A stretch of 63,737 nucleotides of DNA, filler included, from Rhizaria sp. SCN 62-66 (Eukaryota): the NCBI GenBank assembly GCA_001724265.1. It is 7 parts of 7 records of this genome, joined end to end, with 100 filler letters (N's around TTAATTAATTAA, not from the genome) between each part and the next. Parts side by side here need not be neighbours in the genome. Positions count along the whole stretch, not along the records: positions 57,810 to 63,737 come from MEDY01000622.1; 6 more parts are not named here. One strand, 5' to 3'. Position 1 is the stretch's first letter. Each line of letters opens with the position of its first letter. Under the pieces are notes generated by a model. The model was not told the origin of the DNA. It did no database searches and saw only the letters and a program-made list of their open reading frames with translations. A program made the translations under genes and the position numbers. Of this stretch, positions 57,810 to 63,737 are shown piece by piece.

Positions 57810-60800
57810 GGCGGCCGCGGCAGCCGCGGCGGCGCTGTTGGCGGCGGCGGGGCCGGCGGCGGTGGCGGCGGCGGCGGGCGGCAGCAGCAGCGGCAGATCG
57901 AGCAGACGCACGCCCTGGTTGACCTCGACCCAGCGCGCGGGCCCCTCGACGCCCGCGCCACCGGCCGGCCAGAGCCCCTGTGGCGCGAGCAGCGAGCCGG
58001 CGTCGCAGGCGTCGCCGAGCCCGTAGTGCAGCGCGGCCGCAGCCGAGAGCGGCAGCGAGGGCGACAGCGCGTCTGGGCCCGCGCCCGCGGATGGGAACAG
58101 ACCCGAGGCCGCCGTACCCACGCCGCGGGGGCCCGCGCCGCCATCGGCCGCAGCGGCCGAGGGGAAGGCTGGGTGGAACGGCAGCGCCAGCGCCTGCGCG
58201 GCGTCCGCCGTCGGCGCGTACGCGCTCTGGGCCGCGCCAAAGAAGTACGACGACGATGCGGCGGCCGCGGCGGCCGCTGCGGCGGCCGAGCTCGCCGTGA
58301 TGTGCCCATTGCCCGCGGCTGCTGCGGCGGCGGCGGCGGCGGCGTCGGAGGGCGCGCGGTAGCGGTGCGTGTGGGCCGTCATCGCGCCGCCGCTGGCGCC
58401 CGCGCCGGCGGTGAGCCCGGCCGCCGCGGCGGCGTGCGCGGCGGCGGCGGCGGCGGGCGCGCGGAGGTAGCCGCGCGCTGTGGCGATGACCTGCACGAGC
58501 GTCGTTAACAGACGCTCGTAGCGCGAGAGCACAAGGTGCAGCGTGGCGGCGTTGGTGTCGAGGCCCGACAGGAGCACGCGGCCGTCGGGTGCCGTGATGG
58601 AGACGCCCGGAATGAAGAGCGGGAAAACGAGAACCTCGGTGTCGGCCTCGGCCGCCGCGGCGGGGTTGCCGCTCATCGCGGCCGCCGCGGCCGCCGCAGA
58701 CGGGGCCGACGCGGCGGGCGCGGCAGACGCGGAGCCGCTGCCGCCGCTGCCGCCGCCACCACTGCCGCCGCCGCCGCTGCCGCTGCTGGAGCCGAGACCG
58801 ACGGAGAGGCCGGTGGTGTATAGTGCCGCCGCGGCCGCCGCGGGGGACAGGCCCGCGCCGCCCGCGTACGCGCCGCCGCCACCGGCGTTGCCCGCGGTGG
58901 TGGAGCCGATGGCCGTGTGGTCGGTGCCGGCGACGATGACGGCGGCGCCGGCGGCCGTGAGCACCCCGGGCGGCGCGCGCACCGCGCTGTTGTTGTTGCC
59001 CGTCGCGAGGCGGTAGCGGAAGTGGGGCTGCAGCGCCGCCACCAGCCCGCTGCCCGCGGTCGCCAGCGCGGGGTTCGTCGGCGTTGCCGCGGCGGCGGCG
59101 GCCGCGGCGGCGGCGGCCGCGGCGGCGTTGGTGTTAGCGTTGGTGACCGAGGGGCGCGCGCCCGAGGGTGGCGTGGGGGGCAGCTCGCTATTACTGCCGC
59201 TGCGCCCGCCGCCACTGCCGCCGCGCGAGGCGAAGACGCCCTGCTGGTACTGCTGGTGCTGGCCGTAGAGCGGCGGCTGCGCGCCCGCCGCGTTGAGCGC
59301 GCTGCTGGAGCCGCTGGAATTGGAGCTCGCGCCCGCGAAGGCCTCCTTAATATTGCCCAGCGCGCCGCCGTGGGGCGCGGCGGCGGGCGCGGCCGAGGCG
59401 TCCGCGTGCGCGCGCACGACAAGCCCGCGGATTGTCTGCATGGGCCCGCGCAGCAGCGCCTCGTAGACCATGAACGTGGTGCCCATGCGCTTGACGAGTG
59501 TGCAGAGCAACGCGATGGCGTCCTCGGCGATCATGACGCACACCGACGGCGCCGCCAACAGCCCGCCCGTGGCCGTGAGCGTGTGCGCGGCGTCCTGCAG
59601 CACGCGCGCCAAGGGGTGGACCAGGCGCGCCGCCTGGGACGAGAGGTCCGTCACACAGGCGATGCGGGCGAGTGCGCGCAGAGCCGCCGCGCGGACGGCG
59701 ATGGGCACGAGCACGGCGTCGGGGATCGGCGGCGGCTGCGACAGCGCCTCGCCCGACGTCGTCACGACCAGCCCGAGCACGCGGTGGCCGAAGCCCCCGC
59801 CCGCCGCCGCGCCGCCGCCGCCACCACTGTGGCCGTGGCCGTGGCCGTGGCTGCCGGCGCCGGTGAGCCCGAAGCCGAGCCCCAGCCCGAGCCCGCCGCG
59901 CGCGTCGGGGAGCCCGGGCGCGAGGCGCTGCGCCCCTGCGACGGCGCTGGCGGGCGCCAGCGAGAAGGCCGAAGTCGCGTGCAGCGGCGACGATAGCCCT
60001 AGCGAGGCCAGCGTCGTCGCCGCCGTGGGGGACAGCGACGCCGCCGCCAGCGCGGCCTCGGGGCCCAGCTCCCCCGCGCCCGCGCCCGCGCCCGAGACGG
60101 CAGCGGCGGCGGCGGCGGCGGCGGCGGCCTGCGCAGCGGCGTGCGCAACTGGCCCGCGCGCGGGGGTTAGGTACGCGCCCGCGGGGAGGTGCGCCGCCGC
60201 GGAGGGGTCGAACGACACCAACGCGAGGAGCAGCGGCACCAGCACGGGGATGTACTCGGCGACGTTGGCGCGCGCCGTGAGCACCTGCAGCAGCTGCAGC
60301 GCGCGCAGCGTGAGCGCGCGGTCCGCGGTGGGGTCCTGCGCCACGACGGCGACGATACGCGGGAGCAGCAGATGCAGGTAGCGGCCCGCGGGGCAGCGCG
60401 CGACGAGCAGCAGCGCTTCGATCACCGACAACAGGCACGGCAACAGCGTCGGCGGCGCGAGCGACCACACGCGCAGACAGCAGTGCACGATGACGTCGGC
60501 GAAGGCGCGGATGCGGAGGCGCACGATGGCGATGATCATGACCAGGTGGCGCAGCAGCAGCTCGCGCTGCGAGTCCTGGCTGGCGGCCTCGACCGCAGCC
60601 AGCAGGTCGGGCACGAGCCGCTCCAGCAGCACCGTGCTGCGGGGGCCGAGCTGGCGCACGATGAGCATCACGGCGCGGATCGCGAGGCTGTGATGCTGCG
60701 CCAGGGCGGGATCGCTGATCACGGCCAGCAGCGCCAGCGTCGCCGCCTTAGGATAGAAGCGTTCTGGCGCGCGCCGCGAGAGGTCGCCGACGCGCTTGCC

Positions 60801-63737
60801 CGAGTCGCCCAGGAAGCGCGCGTCGGCCTCGGCGCGCTGCGCGGGGGTCATCGCGCCCGACGCCAGCGCCACCACCGCCGCCGAAGACGAAGACGACGCA
60901 GATGTCGCGGAGCCAGAGGCGGCGGCTTCGGCGGCCAGGGCGTCGGCCTCGGCCTCAGCGGCGGCGGCGGCGGCCGCGGCGGCGGCGGCGGCCTTGGCGT
61001 TGGCGCGCCTGCTGCTGCGGCCGCTGTGGCGGCGGCCGTGGTGGTGGTGACGGCGACGGTGGTGGCCGTCGTTGTCGTCGGTGTTGCTGTTGTTGGCGTC
61101 GAACTCGTCGTCGAAGCTGCCGTCGTCGCCCGTGTTCTCGCTGTAACGACGGCGGCCACTTGCACTCGCATAGCGGCGGTCGCATTCGCCGTCGCAGTCG
61201 TCAGAGTCGCTGCCGGAGCCGCTGCCGCCGCTGCCGCCGCCGAGCCAGTCGTCAGAGTCCAACCCGGAGAGGCCGCCGTCGCCGTCGCCGTCGCTGTCGT
61301 CGCCGCTGGAGCCCGCGGTGCCGAGGGCGGCCGCGGCATCGGCCTCGGCGTCGCTGATGTCAACGTAGTCGCCGTGTCGGTACGCGCCCACCGTCGGGTA
61401 GCGGCTGCCCTTGCCAGCGCCACTGCCGGCGCCGGCGCCGGTCGCAGTCGCGCGGGCGCGGGCGCGGCGGCGCTGGCGGCGCAGGCGCGAGGCCCACCAC
61501 GCGCCGGCGGCCTGGCCCACCGCGGCCAGAGCGACTTCCGCTGCCGCCGCGGCGCCCTCCTCGGACAGCGCCGTCGCGTTCGTGTTGGTGTTGTTGGCGT
61601 TGCTGCCGTTCGCGGTGGTGGTGGCGAGGGTGACGGCGGCGGCCTGCGCGCGCGCGACGAAGGTCTCGGCCTCGCGCTCAGAGTCGCTGTCGGCCATAGC
61701 GCCGCCCATCACACCGCTGCCGCCATAGTGAGTACTGCGGGCGCGAGAGCGGCCGCTGGACCCGTAGCCGCTGCGGCCGCCGCGGTAGAACGGGCTGCTG
61801 TCGGCGTGGCCGTGGCCGGCGTGGTTGCGGTCGCTGGGGAACGCGTCGTCGTCCTCCGTGTCGGACCCGGAGCCGGAGCCCGTCGCGCTGAGGCCGCTGG
61901 CGCTGACGCCCGCGTAGGACGCCGAGCCCGACTGCGAGTGCGCCGAGCTGCTCGTGGTGTAGTGCGCCGCTGTCGTGCTCCCGTTGCCGTTGCCGCTGTG
62001 GCCGTCGCCGTGGCGGGAGCTGCGCGAGCCGCGGTGCGCGCGCGCGGCGCCCTTGGACGACCGCGACTGGCCCTTAGACCGGCGCTGCCCCTTAGACTGG
62101 CCGGCGCCGCCGCGGACCAGGGCCTTGAACGCCGCCTGCTGCTGCGCCGTCAGTCCGCCGCCTCCGTGGCGAGCGGCCGCCGATGACGACGAGGATGAGG
62201 AGGAGGACGACTTGCGGGCGGCCGCGGTGGTGGCGGCGGCGGCGGCGGCGGCCTCGCGCGCGGTGCGGCGGCGCAAGTCCAGCGCGGCCTGGTACTCGTC
62301 CTCGGGCGGGATCAGCTCGAACGCGGTCGTCGGGACGACGTCGCCGTCCACGCCGGCGTCAGCGCCGGCTGCAGCGGCAGCGTGAGTCGAAGTCGAGTCG
62401 CCGTCGATCACGCTTATGCTCACACCGCCGTTGGCGCCGTCGGTCTTCTGACTGGTGTTGTTGTGCGCGCCCCATGCGTGGCGGGTGGGCGGGAGCGGGC
62501 GCAGGCGGTAGCCCAGCTGCATGAGCGCGTAGATGGCGGGATCCACGGCGCCGAACAGTCCCGCGAGACGCAGCGCGTCGAGCCGCAGCGAGAAAGCGTG
62601 GAATGCGGGTGCCAGGTCGCTGCCCGTGCCGCCCGTCACCGCCGCTGCCGCTGCCGCCGCCGCCGCCGCCGAGCCGCCCTTGGCCCGCGCCCCCGCGCCA
62701 GCGCCGGAGCCGGAGCCGGCGCCGGCGGCGGGGGGCGTGGGGACGAGGTCGTCGAGCCCGAAGCTGGGCAGCGTGAACCAGGGCGCATCGCCGCCGCTGG
62801 CGCCCGCCGCGGTGCCCAGCAGCACGCCCGTCGAAGACAGCGCGGGCGGCGCGAAGGGCACCGGCACGGCCGTGGCCGCCGCGCCGGGCGCCGTCGTCAG
62901 CACTGACGGCGCCAGCGGGCGCGCAGAGGCCGCGGCCGCCGCGGCGGAGGCGGCGGCGGCGGCAGCGGCGGCGGCGGCGGCGGCGGACGCGGCGGACTTG
63001 AGTCCGCCGCTGCCGCTTTGACTCGCGGCGGCCGCGGCGGCGGCGGACGCGGCGGCTGCGGAGGCCGCGGCGGCCGCGACTGCGGGCTGGACCCCCACAG
63101 CGGCGGCCGCAGCGGCGCCGAAGGCCCCGAAAGAGAGGTGCGCGTAGACCGCAGGCAGCAGCGCGGGGTAGGCGACGAGGTAGCGCGCGACGCTGCCCGT
63201 GGCCACGGTGAGATGCGCCAGCACGCGCAGTGCAGCCGAGTGGCGCAGCGCGAAGGCGTTTTGCGCGTCTGCTGGCGTCAGCGACATCGAGAGCGTGTCG
63301 ACGAAGGGCGAGGTGAAGTGTGACAGCCCGCCGGCGCCGATCACCGGCGCGCGCAGAGCCCCGGCGCCGGCGCCCGCGACGGAACTCATGGGTCCCATGG
63401 GTCCCATTGGTCCGACATCGCCGGCGTGCGGCGCGAGTCCGTGGGTGAGGTGCGCCTGCTGCGCCAGCCCCGCGTGGAGGTACTGCGCGAACCACGCGTG
63501 CAGCGGCGAGTCCGCGCCCAGCCCAAGGCCCAGCGCGCCCTGCGCCGCGAGGCCGCCCGCGCCCGCGGTGACGCTGCCGCTCGTCGCCGCCGCCACGGCT
63601 GAGGCAGTCAGGTTGTTGCTGTTGAGCCCGCCGTAGTAATAGCCCCCCGCGCCGCCGGGGCCCGCGCCCGCGCCCAGCCCGCCCGCGCCCGCGCCCGCGC
63701 CCGCGGCGTGGGGGCCGGCGCCGCCGCCGCTGCCGCT
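57810..63737 (-). CDS. TOR: TOR kinase middle HEAT/DUF3385 region with very large low-complexity insertions; truncated at both ends
   Basis: One frame is open across all 5928 nt. Blocks are ALRVLAHLTVATGSV..YPALL, RLDALRLAGLFGAVDP (mTOR RREAIRVLGLLGALDP), ERFYPKAATLALLAVISDPALAQHH (DEFYPAVSMVALMRIFRDQSLSHHH), DLSSQAARLVHPLARVL (DFTDYASRIIHPIVRTL) and RYERLL. Confidence 0.88.

Overview
This is nuclear DNA from a GC-rich, flagellated eukaryotic microbe that has mitochondria and peroxisomes. It is not one locus. Seven unrelated contig pieces of about 6-10.5 kb are joined by an artificial 100-nt linker (44 N + TTAATTAATTAA + 44 N), so adjacency across a linker means nothing. Recognisable genes are YJU2B/CCDC130, a UPF3-like protein, an esterase D-like pseudo-enzyme, a papain-like pseudo-protease, an EF-hand/RanBP2-finger protein, an RBR E3 C-terminus, an RSP2-like DPY30 protein, mitochondrial EF-Ts, myotubularin, PIG-C, PEX11, gamma-SNAP, two TOR fragments, DNAI7/CASC1 and an RPP40-like protein. 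There are also two decayed pseudogenes. Main result: the organism appears to use a variant nuclear code in which TAG is a sense codon, most likely Gln, while TAA and TGA remain stops. Six in-frame TAGs interrupt four otherwise intact genes. One separates the two conserved halves of PIG-C and one sits in CAA-TAG-CAG-CAA. A seventh TAG is directly followed by TGA. Of 18 gene ends, 12 are TAA, 6 are TGA and none is TAG alone. Secondary signals are a GTACG donor in all 9 coding introns, acceptor-like sites just upstream of many start codons, PAM2-like motifs on UPF3, and large low-complexity insertions in conserved proteins. All family calls come from remembered motifs, not database searches.
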